Origin: Octopus vulgaris
Lineage: Eukaryota
DNA length: 64,000 nt
Assembly (NCBI GenBank): GCA_951406725.2
Contig: OX597835.1
Location: 20,956,001 to 21,020,000, forward strand
Direction: 5' to 3'
Both the position numbers and the translations under genes were made by a program. The notes under the pieces were generated by a model. That model did not search any database, had not been told where the DNA came from, and worked only from the letters and a program-made list of their open reading frames with translations. Positions 12,153 through 27,327 of this stretch are shown in pieces (the stretch's first letter is position 1; each line of letters opens with the position of its first letter).

Positions 12153-12280
12153 GTATTTCGTATGTTTTGGTCTGTCTTGCTCATTGTTACATTTTGGCAT
12201 TTTGCTGAGATTTTTTCTGAGATTTGACGTCTATGTTTAGCATACAGAGTGTTCATTTTAGTGGTCATTCCTCTTAATTT

Positions 12281-12318
<38 letters not shown>

Positions 12319-12445
12319 AACACACACATATGCATATGTATATATTTTGTGTGTGTGTGTGTATATAAATACGTACGATTATATGTACGTACATATATAC
12401 ACATCCAGATATATGCAAAAACATACATTTATAGATTTATATAAC

Positions 12446-12481
<36 letters not shown>

Positions 12482-12539
12482 CACATACATATTTATTTAA
12501 ACCCATACATATGTGCCTATTCACATACGTTAAATATAC

Positions 12540-12578
<39 letters not shown>

Positions 12579-12659
12579 TACATACATACGAAGACGTGTC
12601 CGTCTCTCTTTCTCTCTCCCTCTCCTTCTGTATATATATATATATATATACATATATAT

Positions 12660-12690
<31 letters not shown>

Positions 12691-12693
12691 TAA

Positions 12694-12756
<63 letters not shown>

Positions 12757-13204
12757 TGTATGCGTCAATGTTTGTTTTGTGAGCGTGTATCCACATGAAA
12801 AGAACTACAAAGTAGATTAGTTGTGATTAATTTCTTGAGATAAAGACGGATAACAAGCCAGGAAACAAACAATGTAACAATTTAACGAGTTCTTTAATGA
12901 CTTTAAGAAATCATCAATAATTTCCTTCTTATGGAAGAAGGAAATTTCTAATTAAAGACCAAGTTTTACGTGTTTTTGGTCTTGTTCTTGATTTCGTTTT
13001 ATACTGTAGATGGGGAGAAGGCGTGTTGTATAGGAAAATTATAAACGTTGAGTTTTGTTACATAATTTTATTGCAGTATTGTATATTTTGTTAATCGAAT
13101 GTATTTTTTTTTTAGTTTTATTTATTTCTTTGTTTTTCATTTATTTATCGCATTTTCTTTTCAGGCTTCTGTTTCTCTCTATTACAGGAGTCATTAAATT
13201 ATTT

Positions 13205-13772
<568 letters not shown>

Positions 13773-14137
13773 CATTTGAGTCTGGAGCAGGTGCCTGCGC
13801 GTTCGGAGTTCGTACGTTTTCTTTAAAATTTGTTGGATTATTATTTAGTATTCCAAGTTTCATTGAACTGCTAAATAAAAAAAAAAAACCCCATCTTGCT
13901 ACAAGCGAGGTCAGTTGCAATTGTGACATTGCGCCTTTTTCAGTGAGAAATTCTGAGATTTAAAATTTGCGAATTTTATATTTCAAAAACAAAAACAAAA
14001 TATGAATATGTCTTCTGAAATTGAGGCTAGCGATAGTTATTGGAATAGCCGTAATGACTCTTGTTCCCACCACAAATTGATATGGTTGAGAAACGAAGCA
14101 AACACAGTAGCAACGACAGTTGCTTTTTTTTAGCAAA

Positions 14138-14500
14138 GCGCAGGAGTGGCTGTATGGTATATACATTTCTTTACTACCCACAAAGGGTTAAACACAGAGG
14201 GGGCAAACAAGGACAGACAAATGGATTGAATCGATTATATCGACCCCAGTGCGTAACTGGTACTTATTTAATCGACCTCGAAAGGATGAAAGGCAAAGTC
14301 GACCTCGGCGGAATTTGAACTCAGAACGTAACGGCAGACAAAATACGGCTAAGCATTTCGTCCGGCGTGCTAACAATTCTGCCAGCTCAGAATGGTATAT
14401 AGTTTGCTTACCAACCACATGGTTCCGGGTTCAGTCCCACGGCTTGGCACCTTGAGCAAGTGTCTTCTTCTATAGCCTCGAACCGACAGGAGCCTTGCAA
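14138..14500. mobile_element. Nested SINEs: Meta-domain SINE monomer (-, 14164-14391) inserted in the head of a CORE-like SINE (+)
   Basis: Host GCGCAGGAGTGGCTGT|...AGTTTGCTTACCAACCACATGGTTCCGGGTTCAGTCCC matches the 19131 copy. TSD ATGGTATATA at 14154-14163 and 14392-14401. Confidence 0.88.
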
Positions 14501-14687
14501 AATAACAAGCGGTGATTTTTCTCTAAAATGGTAATTAGAGAGGAATCGATTAAGTTTAGTAAGATATTAGCAATAGAAAGGAATAAAATTAATAGAAACT
14601 TAGGATCTTAGATGAAGCGCTTAGGAAAGGCATCGCAACTGACGTGCTGACAGTGAGATTGACCTGGACCAATTCTTCAAAGCTAAA

Positions 14688-14890
14688 TGGCGGTGAGTTG
14701 GCAGAATCGTTAGCATGCGAAATGCTTAGTGGTATTTCGTCTGCGCTACGTATTGAGTTCAAATTCCACCGAGGTCAACTTTGAATTTTATTATTTCGGG
14801 GTCGATAAATTAAGTCCCAGTGAAATGTTGAAATCGATGTAACCGACTAATCCGAAAATTTGAGACCTTTTGTCTATAGGAGAAAGATTT
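14688..14890 (+). mobile_element. Diverged Meta-domain SINE monomer
   Basis: GGCGGTGAGTTGGCAGAATCGTTAGC...GAGTTCAAATTCCACCGAGGTCAACTTTG...GGGGTCGATAAATTAAG. Confidence 0.75.
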
Positions 14891-15013
14891 CTTCAAAGCT
14901 AAGTACGAAGGTTGCAATGTCAGAGCTAAGGCATGTAGTGTAAAAAACGAGGGAACGCATGCCATTGGATAGGCCTGAGTGGCACAGCTGCAACTTGGAA
15001 ACAAAATCATGCT

Positions 15014-15300
15014 TTGGTCTTTGGCAGACGGGTGCACGGTATCAAAGACCACGATGTGTTCGGCATTTCACCAGCACTTCTTCAACTTATGGGGTCAAGA
15101 GGCAGTCAGGAACGCAGGATGGACTCCAGTGCCGACCTTAACGGCACGCCAGAACTTTCGGTAATGAGGACGGAGTGTTACGGAATGACGATGACAACCG
15201 CGGAAATACGAGGTGACATGGTAAGTTGTACGGGAGGCAAATCGCTTCGTGGTAGACCGAGAAGAAAATGGTTAGACAATATCCATTGCCTTAGTTGATC
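15014..15300 (+). mobile_element. Decayed RTE-like LINE C-terminal fragment
   Basis: ORF ends GGKSLRGRPRRKWLDNI, the GRPxxxWxD motif typical of RTE-type ORF2 C-termini. Confidence 0.5.
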
Positions 15301-16230
15301 ACACTTGGAACTCTAACCAGAAAATCAGATGAGAATTGCCTTTTGATGATAATTGAATGACGTTTCTGAGAAATGTTCTTTCACGACCCTCATAGGAACA
15401 GTGGGCAGATGAGATACATAAATTAACTGTCTTCCATCTTCCAGCCAATGTCTAATCACAATCTAGGACATTAAACAAAAGCATTCACTTACTGGAAAGT
15501 GTGATATATTTTAGTTATGAAACTAGTGTTATTCCACGAAACCTCTTGCCATCCCCCACAACAGAATAAGTCTTCATTTATAAATCACGTATTCCATTTA
15601 GAATACCTTCGGTCTTTTAGAATTTTATTTTGTATTTTCTTAGAAAATATCTGTGCTAACAAGAAATTACAAGAAACTAAGTAAATAATAAACACGTTTA
15701 TTTGCTTGCAGTTATTTTTTATGATTTGTTTTGAAACTCTTTTTCTCCAACAAATGCACACATTCTCCCTTTTACTGCTTCCACTTTGTTTTGTTCTTAT
15801 TTCTATAGACAGATTCACCAAATTAATCGCAGCTATATTTGTATTACTTCTTGTCAGTTCTAAATGTTTATTTGCTACATCTTACACAAGTACACACAGT
15901 TGATGTTACCAATATCAAACATAACACAGAAATGGGGATGATAAAATTTCAATGACAAAAAATATATTAGCTGTTTTGGTTTCATTAGAATACATCGCGA
16001 AATAAAATAAAATAAAAGAATTGATCACTTTTTTTTATATGTTGCAATGAAAATAATTAATCTGATAATTTTTTAAAGCAAAATTGGTTGAGCTTTGGAT
16101 TAAATGTATCTGCATTTTCATGACCTGATTATCTGTTAAAATCTAACCCAGATCAAATAAGATTTTCTATTCCCAGGGTCAATAAAATCACTCCTCATAA
16201 CTGACCAACATCTAGCCCAGTAATTACTGA

Positions 16231-17310
16231 CAGGTGGTTGAGTAAAAGGTAAACAGCGTTTTTGACCAAGAAGAATTTGTACCGGGTTTTTGCAGAGTTT
16301 TGAATTCGTTTCAAGAATTCTTTTGCAATTGTCTGTTAATACAGACGTAGACTTGCCCAAATGCATAATGAATTAACATTGATATTTTTTCACCGTTCTT
16401 ACAGTCATCTGAAATGGAACTGTTAAAGCTCGAGCAATTTTGCCATTCAACTTCAAAAAAGGATGTAAAATAGCTGAAACTGCTTGCAATATCAATGAAA
16501 CGTTTAGTGAGGAAATGACCAGTGAGTGGTCAGCTCGAAAATGGTTTAAACGATTTCGCAGTAGAGACCTGAGCCTCGGAGGTCGTGAAAGTAGTGGACG
16601 CTCATCTGTCATTGATGACGGTCAATTAAAGACCGTCATTGAGAAAAATCCACGTAAAAATACTCGAGAACTGGCAAAAGAACTTCAGGTTAGCTAGGAA
16701 ACCTCCAGCAACCATTTGCATCTCATTGGAAAATCAAAAATGTTCAATTAATGGGTACCTCACGATTTGAATGAAAATCAGAAAATATGCAGGTCTGAAA
16801 TTTACTCGTTGCTTCTTCTCCGTAACCAGGCCGATCTATTTCTCAATTGTATTGTAACTAGAGATGAAAAGTGGATTCTGCAAACAATATAAAACATTCT
16901 TGGCAGGGGTTGGACCAAAATGAAGCACTGAAAACCTTCCTTAAACCTGAGCTCTTCAAAATGAAGTTTCTGGTGACTCTTTGATGGTTTACTGCTGGAC
17001 TCATCCACTATAACGTCTTAAAACCCGGAAAAAACCATTTCTGCAGAAATATATTGTCATTAAATTGCCAAAATGAACAAAAAACTGCAATTCCTCCGTC
17101 CTAGGCTGTTCAACAGAAGAGGGTAAACCATTCTTCATGACAATGCTCGACCACACGTTTCACTAACGACGCTACCGAAGTTAAGGGAACTTGGCTACGA
17201 ATTTCTTCCCCACCCAGGTTATTCCCCTGACCTCTCATCTACCGACTACCACTTTTTCAAGCACTTTGATGGTCTCCTGCGAGAGAGGGAAAATAAATTA
17301 AACCGATGCT
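16231..17310 (+). mobile_element. Decayed mariner transposon (D,D34D transposase pseudogene)
   Basis: HTH region (ARKWFKRFRS), WVPHDL (16752), IVTRDEKWIL, then HDNARPH...YSPDLSSTDY with exactly 34 residues between the last two D. It has stops and frameshifts, and a TIR-like AGGTGGTTGAGTAAAAGGTAAACAGCGTTTTTG at 16232. Confidence 0.93.
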
Positions 17311-19130
17311 GAAAGTGCTTCGTATTATTTCCTCCAATTCTTAGATTCAAATCCCGCCAAAGTTAACTTTGCCTATGACCCATCCAAGTTCGATAAAGAA
17401 ACGTATACTGTAAAACAATAAGGATCTCAATCTGCCCTCAACATGTTTTCACACCTCCATTTTGCTGACTTCCGAAGGCAAAACTCATGCAGATGTCGAT
17501 TAAATTCAACCTTGGATCGAGGAAAGATATAAATAACAACAAGCTCATTATTCCTCACTACCCTAATAATTCTGACGTTTATAATGTTAATGATAATAAT
17601 TTTCGCTTTTTAGCACAAGGTCAACAATTTTTAGAGGAGCGTTGAGTCGGCAACATCGTCGCCTGTGCATTGTGGGTATTTTATTTAACTGACCTCGGAA
17701 GAATCGATGGTCACGTTGACTTAGTCATGGTTTGAAATCAGGACATAAAGAGCCTTAGAGAATCTGCCAATGGGCGCAGAATAACTTTGACCATGGTGGA
17801 CAATGACGGTGCTGGATTAATTATCTCTAGGAGTTGATTAGAGAAAACAAATTAAGTTAAAACAGTTGATTCTTGGATGATACATTTTCAAGACGCTCAT
17901 GTATTGGACCACGGATTCTCCAAATATTGAAATTGTAGTTTTAAAAATCAGCAGGATAAGGTTAAGAACCACTGCTTTGTACAGTTTGCTGACCTACTAA
18001 ACATAGAGATGAGATCTTAGAAAAAGGATGATATATCGTGGAATATATCTCCTCGTTCACAAACAGATGACATTGGCACACATGGAAAGGCGTGTTATCT
18101 ACTATCAACTAATATCTTATCCAGGTTGATTTGTAACTCACATAATTTTAAAACTACCGAATTGGTATATAACCCATAGAATTTGAATGTCAACTGCATT
18201 AGATTTTAATCACAGGTGAATGCTTTCCTGTTCGATCGCAATGTGCAGCAGATTGGTTAGATGTTCGACTTTAATCCCTGGCTCAAGCTGAGTGAAGTTC
18301 TAGATATAGAAAATCTATGGAGCCCCAGACGGGAATACATTCTTGTTATTAGAAGGCAGAATTACAACATCACGTACTTTAATACGAAGATGTTGTTTTT
18401 TTTTTTTGCTTTTTTTCATTTTCATTGAGAAGAACTCTCTTGCAAACAACTGTGTCATACATTCGACCTGATTCTATCTTACTTCACGCTTCTTCATACC
18501 ATTTCCATAAGCTCCAATATAAGACATAACAAATATACCTATCACACCCACTTCACTTATTCGTGACTGGAAAGTATGATTGCATTATTTTCGCGAAATT
18601 ACTCTGACTTAGAAAAAAAAAAAACTCTCATCATTCGCCCACAATACAGTAATAATGCTTTCTTTTTAAATCACGTATTTTAATCAGAATTCCTTAGCTT
18701 TAAGAAGAAACCACAAAAACGCAGGCAATCGAAACACATGTGTGTTTGTTGCTATTTCTCTTTTGATAATTTTTGTATCTCTAAGTCAAACTTTCTCTCT
18801 ATCATTTTATTTTCCATACAAAGCGTTTCACGAAATTCACTCTCTGGTATTTATATAATGATATTTATTGTTTGATTTCAATGTTTATTAGTCACATCTT
18901 ACACTAGTGCTTTTGGCTGATATCATAAATACCAAACGAAAACAACACAAAATCAACGGAATAAGAAATCGTAGAATTTCAAAATAATATTAACTATGTT
19001 GTTTTTCTATGGTTTGCATACACACATCCACACACACACACACACACACACATATGTATGTGTGTGTGTATATATACGGGTGTGTTTGTGTGGCTGTGTG
19101 TATACACATATATATATAAATATATACATA

Positions 19131-19548
19131 GGCGCAGGAGTGGCTGTGTGGTAAGTAGCTTGCTAACCAACCACATGGTTCCGGGTTCAGTCCCTCTGCG
19201 TGGCATCTTGGGCAAGTGTCTTCTGCTATAGCCCCGGGCCGACCAATGCCTTGTGAGTGGATTTGGTAGACGGAAACTGAAAGAAGCCTGTCGTATATAT
19301 GTATATATATATATATGTGTATGTATGTGTGTGTGTGTTTGTGCGTCTGTGTTTGTCCCCCTAGCATTGCTTGACAACCGATGCTGGTGTGTTTATGTCC
19401 CCGTCACTTAGCGGTTCGGCAAAAGAGACCGATAGAATAAGTACTGGGCTTACAAAGAATAAGTCCTGGAGTCGATTTGCTCGACTAAAGGCGGTGCTCC
19501 AGCATGGCCGCAGTCAAATGACTGAAACAAGTAAAAGAGTAAAAGAGT
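19131..19548 (+). mobile_element. Full-length tRNA-headed CORE-like SINE with internal (TA)/(TG) tract
   Basis: A box TGGCTGTGTGG, B box GGTTCAGTCCC, CORE-like TTGGGCAAGTGTCTT, tail GTAAAAGAGTAAAAGAG. Fragments of the family lie at about 28155-28270, 30120-30325, 31280-31490, 33135-33530, 33870-34075, 59930-60100 and 60590-60745. Confidence 0.88.
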
Positions 19549-19608
19549 ATATAAATATACATATATATATATATTAACGACAATAGCAATAGTAGTAGTT
19601 GTAATGGC

Positions 19609-19720
<112 letters not shown>

Positions 19721-19744
19721 ATTATTATTATTTTTTTATTGAAA

Positions 19745-20251
19745 AAATACGAAGCCCAGTATAGCCATCATGACTACTCGTCTCATAAGGGTACACTAGG
19801 CACATGCATCACAAGAGTATATCCACGGCATGGTGATCTGATATCAAGATAAACAGCGCCTGACCTTGCAGGTGGGGGCCCAGCCAGAATTTTCTTCGGG
19901 TCGAGTAGCCCATCTCGCTCAAAAGGTCTCTGAATAAAGGTTGTTTAAAGATGTTTAACGGAACACCCATATTTCCAAGGGTGAATTATCCAAACCCCAA
20001 ACAGTTCCTCTCAACACATGGCTATGATACTCCCCAACTACTTCTACTCGTGATCAGAGATGCACATATCATCAACTACCATGCTCAACTGGTTATGGTC
20101 AAACAACTGGCAAGCACATCTTTGGTATAGAGCAGAATATTTGCTACAGCCCATCTTTTATATCAAGACCATACAATCAGCATGATAACCCTTCCAATCA
20201 GTTAAGATGAGAAGCCATGAGATCACAGCCTTGTACTGAATCATGGCATTT

Positions 20252-20252
<1 letters not shown>
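19745..20252 (-). mobile_element. Non-coding (TAA)n-flanked interspersed repeat
   Basis: 19748-19843 is the reverse complement of 26500-26596. Both copies are bordered by (TAA)n. Confidence 0.65.
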
Positions 20253-20337
<85 letters not shown>

Positions 20338-20351
20338 CATTATTATTAATA

Positions 20352-20444
<93 letters not shown>

Positions 20445-20446
20445 GT

Positions 20447-21623
20447 TAGTACACCGGGTGAATTGCTTGTTTGCTGCGGGTCACATATTTGCCGTGCTGA
20501 GGTTTCTCCTCCCACCTATCAGCCAATTGCTCGTGCGCTTTTTTCATTGCCATCATTTTCACCTTCTTTGCAACAATAGTTGCCGTACTTCCCTCGGGTT
20601 GTTCAGTTTGGGTATCCTGCACGAGATCAATAGCAAATTTTTTGCTTTCCTTGATGATAGAATGAAGCTTCTTTCGTCTCTCGTGATTTTCCACGAGCTT
20701 TAGCATCCAGTCATTCGATATTTCGAGATATTTGGCCAGTCCAATTGTGGTTGTTTTGTAAGCTAGTTCAAATTGGATCAGGCCTCGACCTCCTTGGACT
20801 CTGGGAAGGTAAAGGCGATCTACGTCTGCCTTTGGGTGGTGCATCCTATTACAACTCAGCAGCTTGCGTATTTTCCTATCTATATTCTTTACTTCACTCA
20901 TATTCCAGTTCAACACATTGTAGCTATAAGTAACAACTGGAACTGCTAAGGAATTTATAGCTAACACCTTGTTACGTGCATTTAGTTCAGATTTCAGGAC
21001 TGCACGAACTCTCCTATAACATTCCTTCCTGATTTTCTCTTTCATGCTTGCATGCTGAATACCAGAGCCTTCATTTATCCCTAAATATTTGTATGTTTGT
21101 TCTTGCTCAAGCTCTCTTATGGCTGTGTCAACATCTAACACGACTGAATTTGTGGTCTTCACTTTCCCTTTCTGGAAAGTGGCCTTGGCACACTTCTCAA
21201 GTCCAAACTACATCTCGATGTCATCGCTGAATGCTTTCACGGTGCGCAATAGGCCTTCAAGTTCATTATTGTCTTTACCATAAAGTTTTAAGTCATCCTT
21301 ATAAAATAGATGGCTTATTTTTTAATTGGCAATTTTATACCCATACCCTGTTCTGTTTAATTCACTTGTAAGGGGTATTAGGGCTATGCAGAATATTAAA
21401 GGTGAAAGTGAGTCACCTTGAAAAATTCCACAGTTGATGTTTATATTTTCTGAGGCAAGTACTCCATTAGAGTGGTATAATTGGAGATTCGTATTCCACA
21501 ACGACATATTGTGCTTCGGGAAGTTTGAAATCACAGGGGAAATTTTGAAGATGTCCAGCGATCTCAAGATCCATGGATGCGGTATACTGTCGAAGGCCAT
21601 TTTATAGTCAATCCATGCGGTGC
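20447..21623 (-). mobile_element. R4/Dong-clade non-LTR retrotransposon reverse transcriptase fragment (pseudogene)
   Basis: One frame with two stops: WIDYKMAFDSIPH, GIFQGDSLSP, ISHLFYKDDLKLY, YKYLG, LYLPRVQGGRGL. It is bordered by (TAA)n, the known Dong target. Confidence 0.9.
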
Positions 21624-21691
<68 letters not shown>

Positions 21692-21695
<4 letters not shown>

Positions 21696-22262
21696 GTTTG
21701 ACTTTTGCTTTATGTCTGTACAAGTTGGCTCCAAGTCTCACCCAGAGACCTCAAGAGACAACAGGTTGGAAGTTCATGTTGTTGTTATGCCTTGTGTGCC
21801 ATATATTTGGGGTTTTTTGTGTTGTACTAGTGAATGTCTAATACATAAATAAAAAAAAGTTTGTTTTAAACCTTGGGATTACACAGAGAGTATTTTGCGT
21901 AGGATATGAGCAGTTCCCATGAGTACTATCTTTTAAATTTCTGCCATTTTGGGGTTTCTTGGTATCTGAGTTAGGTAGTAATCAGCCCCTTTCGCTATCA
22001 TTCCCAGGGCACCTATGAAAACAGGTATTGTTTTAGACTTCAGGTTCCACATTTTGCTGATTTCTATTTCAAGATCTTTGTATTTGCTCAGTTTTTGGTA
22101 GGTCTTGACAGATACGTTTATATCGATTGGGACAGTCATATCAATGAGGAGGCATGCTCTTTGTCTGAAGTCTTTCAATATGATGTCTGGCCTATTTGCA
22201 TCTATCTTTCTGTCAGTTTGAATGGTGAAGTTCCAGAGAAGTGAGATGTGGTCATTTTTTCC
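21692..22262 (-). mobile_element. 5'-truncated R4/Dong 3' end (restriction-like endonuclease plus 3' UTR), copy B
   Basis: WNFTIQTDRKIDANRPDII...IDMTVP...KLSKYKDL...GALG, with a premature stop at about 21933 and a (TAA)n tail. Confidence 0.9.
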
Positions 22263-22955
<693 letters not shown>

Positions 22956-22958
22956 TAC

Positions 22959-23003
<45 letters not shown>

Positions 23004-23026
23004 CATTATTATTATTATTATTATTA

Positions 23027-24050
<1,024 letters not shown>

Positions 24051-25597
24051 AACCCCTTCACCAGTATCAGAGAATATGAGAGTACGGGAGTATGAGGAGA
24101 TGGAGAAAGGGCACGCAGTGTAGGGGAGCGTAAAGATGATATCTGGCGAGATCTCAAAGACGTTTAAGGCTCGTCAGTGCTCTAACAACATGCTGAAGCA
24201 AAACATAGAGGTTCAGTTAATAGCATTGAGGTTAAGGTGTTATCAACGCATGGAACTAACACGGCACTTAGACAGTTCACAAAGGTGACATACATAACAA
24301 GAGACACACCGATCCTCAACAGAAAACATGAATGGAAAAATAACACCCACCACCACACCACACAACATGACGACTTTATGGGGCGGGGTTTGAAAATCTC
24401 ATCGAACATGTTAGAGTTACTATCAAGCTTGAAGTAATCCAAAAAACACTTTTATTGAATACAGCTCATTCTCTAGGGTAAGTATTTTCTCTCGAAGACA
24501 CACTAGAAAGCCTTATTTGAAACCTTTGGTAATTTATTTCTGCTTGCTTTCAAATAAAGAAAAGGCGGTGTTCTTGTTTCAGAATTTTCTGCTTTGAAGT
24601 GCAACCTAATTTAAATATGTACTTTGTTTAGTCCCTACATCAGAGGTACATGAAGTATGACTCTGCTTGTAAAAACATTGAAATATTTTAAAAATTCGTC
24701 TTAAACATACATAATGAAGGAAAAAATCGAAATATTAATTATGCAAATCAAAATTTACCTAAGATGTTTAGAAGGTTGGCTGGGTCCTCTATGGGCCCAG
24801 ATCAACTGAGGAATTAGCCTAGTATTATTGGCAAATAATTTCAATCACGGGTTCCTAAGTAACCTTATTAAGTGATTGATTCATTCCTGTAGTTGTATAT
24901 ATTTAGGATGTTACAGTGGCTTTTCCTTTTATTTTAATCATATTATTTCTAAGTACGAAAATTTTTGATTGCTTTCTTTCTTTCTTACAATTTTCACTTT
25001 TGAAACAGCAATCTTAGAATTTAGAATATTCTCCCATATTCTTCACTTTATACGTTGTGATTTTTCTGGTATCACAGTTGTGATTACATAATATATATTT
25101 AGTAGTTTTTTTACGGTTTTTCCTTTTTAAGAAAAATTCAACATCACTTACTGATTTTTAAAAAAATATTTCTCCGTGTTGGATTTACCTATATTGCTAT
25201 AAGAACTCTGTTTTTGTACTTTTTTATTAATCTAGCTTTCCTCTTCTTTTTTTTAATATTTCCAGTAGAGATTTTTCATTACACAGTTGTAGGTACACGA
25301 TTATCTCCATTTTAAAAATTTAAATTTTCTTACGATATTCTTTCGGTTGAGATAACAATGAAGCATCAATTTCCCACTTTTCAAAATCTTCCCTCTGTTC
25401 ATTTTCATCAACCAATTTAAATGCGCAATACACACACACACTCACATACACACGCACACAAACATACATATATGTACATGTGTATATATGTATATATGTA
25501 TATATATTTTATATATATATATATGTATATATATGTGGGTATATACATATATATATATATACATATTATATATATTATATATAGATATATACATTAC

Positions 25598-25628
<31 letters not shown>

Positions 25629-25630
25629 AT

Positions 25631-25661
<31 letters not shown>

Positions 25662-25665
25662 CATA

Positions 25666-25726
<61 letters not shown>

Positions 25727-25731
25727 CATAC

Positions 25732-25796
<65 letters not shown>

Positions 25797-25838
25797 AACA
25801 TATATGGAAAACAAACTTAGAAGTTTATATATATATAT

Positions 25839-25877
<39 letters not shown>

Positions 25878-25880
25878 TAT

Positions 25881-25955
<75 letters not shown>

Positions 25956-26211
25956 AACATATATGGAAAACAAACTTAGAAGTGCCGAGTGAGTTTATAT
26001 TCTACTGAAAATATAGACGGAAAAATTCGTTACCAAGCCTCTACAGAGCATTGAATCCTGTGCATTTCAATTTCAGGAATTGAGCGGTAGAACATTCAAT
26101 TCTCTGCAAAAGCTTGTTGGACAATTGTTTTCTGTTTTCACAGGCATTCTGCGTTCATGAATTTGTTTATTTTCTGTAGAATTCATACCCAAACACACAC
26201 ACAAACACACA

Positions 26212-26282
<71 letters not shown>

Positions 26283-26283
<1 letters not shown>

Positions 26284-26360
26284 AACTTAATTTCTCTTGG
26301 GGTCTCCGAGTGAGACGTGAAGTCAACTTGTACAAATACATAGCAAAAGTGAAACATATA
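26283..26360 (+). mobile_element. Extreme 3' end of the Dong-like element
   Basis: TCTCTTGGGGTCTCCGAGTGAGAC...AACTTGTACAAATACATAGCAAAAGTGAAACAT(ATA)n matches the 3' UTR of the copies at 21692 and 22381. Confidence 0.8.
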
Positions 26361-26426
26361 ATAATAATAACAATAACAACAACAACAACAACAACAACAC
26401 CAACAACAACAACAATAATAATAATA

Positions 26427-26475
<49 letters not shown>

Positions 26476-26499
26476 TAATAATAATAATGATAACTTTAT

Positions 26500-26650
26500 A
26501 TGAGATCACCATGTCGCGCACATTTGGTTGTGATCCATGTGCCTGGTGTACCCTTATCAGACGGGTAGTCATGATGGGTATATTGGCCTTCGTATATTTT
26601 ACCCCAGTGTCACTTTGATGGCATGCACTGCTCTCTCACTGAATAATAAT
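26500..26650 (+). mobile_element. 3' end of the (TAA)n-associated repeat seen at 19745
   Basis: Homologous to 19748-19843; ends CTCTCTCACTG-AATAATAAT. Confidence 0.65.
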
Positions 26651-26719
26651 AAAAAGAAGAAGAAGAAGAAGAAGAAGAAGAAGAAGAAGAAGGAGAAGAA
26701 GAAGAAGAAGAAGAAGAAG

Positions 26720-26751
<32 letters not shown>

Positions 26752-26868
26752 GAAGAAGAAGGAGTAGAAGAAGAAGAAGAAGAAGAAGAAGAAAAGAAGA
26801 AGAAGAAGAAGAAGAAGAAGAAGAAGAAGAAGAAGAAAAGGAAGAAGAAGAAGAAGAAGAAGAAGAAA
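26651..26868. repeat. (GAA)n microsatellite
   Basis: Directly visible. Confidence 0.97.
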
Positions 26869-27327
26869 GATAAGGTTATCATCATCCTCATCACCCTTGT
26901 CTTCCACGAAGGAGGAAAGGAAAGATTCTATAGATATTGAGGCTGGAAGTAGACGGATGGTGTTATTGTTAATTGTGTTTAAATATAGAAATGGATTTTC
27001 AAATTAGTAAATGAGGGAGAAGAGGTTAGTTTTGAATATTTTCGGAATGTATTTTATTTCTACTTGAAACCAGTGAAGCGTGAAAGTGAACAAAGTTAAA
27101 AGAAGAATAAAGTACTGTGTCTTATGTCGAAAGGTCATGTGAAGTTAGATCTGAAAAGAAATAAGAGCTGTTATTTTTAGCTTTAGCAAATATAAGTGGA
27201 TCATAATATTGGCTTCAAATTTTGGCTCAATGCCAGCACTTTCGAGGGAGAAGGTAAGTCATTTATATTGACCCCAGTGTCCAACTGGTACTTATTTAAT
27301 CCATCCCGAAAAGATGAAAGGAAAAGT

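Noticed and set aside
12920-12947. 12-bp hairpin AATTTCCTTCTT-ATGG-AAGAAGGAAATT
   Set aside because: Short, AT-rich and without supporting context; not a terminator in an animal genome.
19131-19200. tRNA gene (also the heads at 9050-9120 and 47606-47680)
   Set aside because: A and B boxes are present, but they continue into multi-copy SINE bodies; no complete cloverleaf established.
24155-24185. Minus-strand CUGACGA-GCCUU-AAACGUC hammerhead-like string
   Set aside because: No GAAA, no helix II and no convincing helix I; at best a deleted relic.
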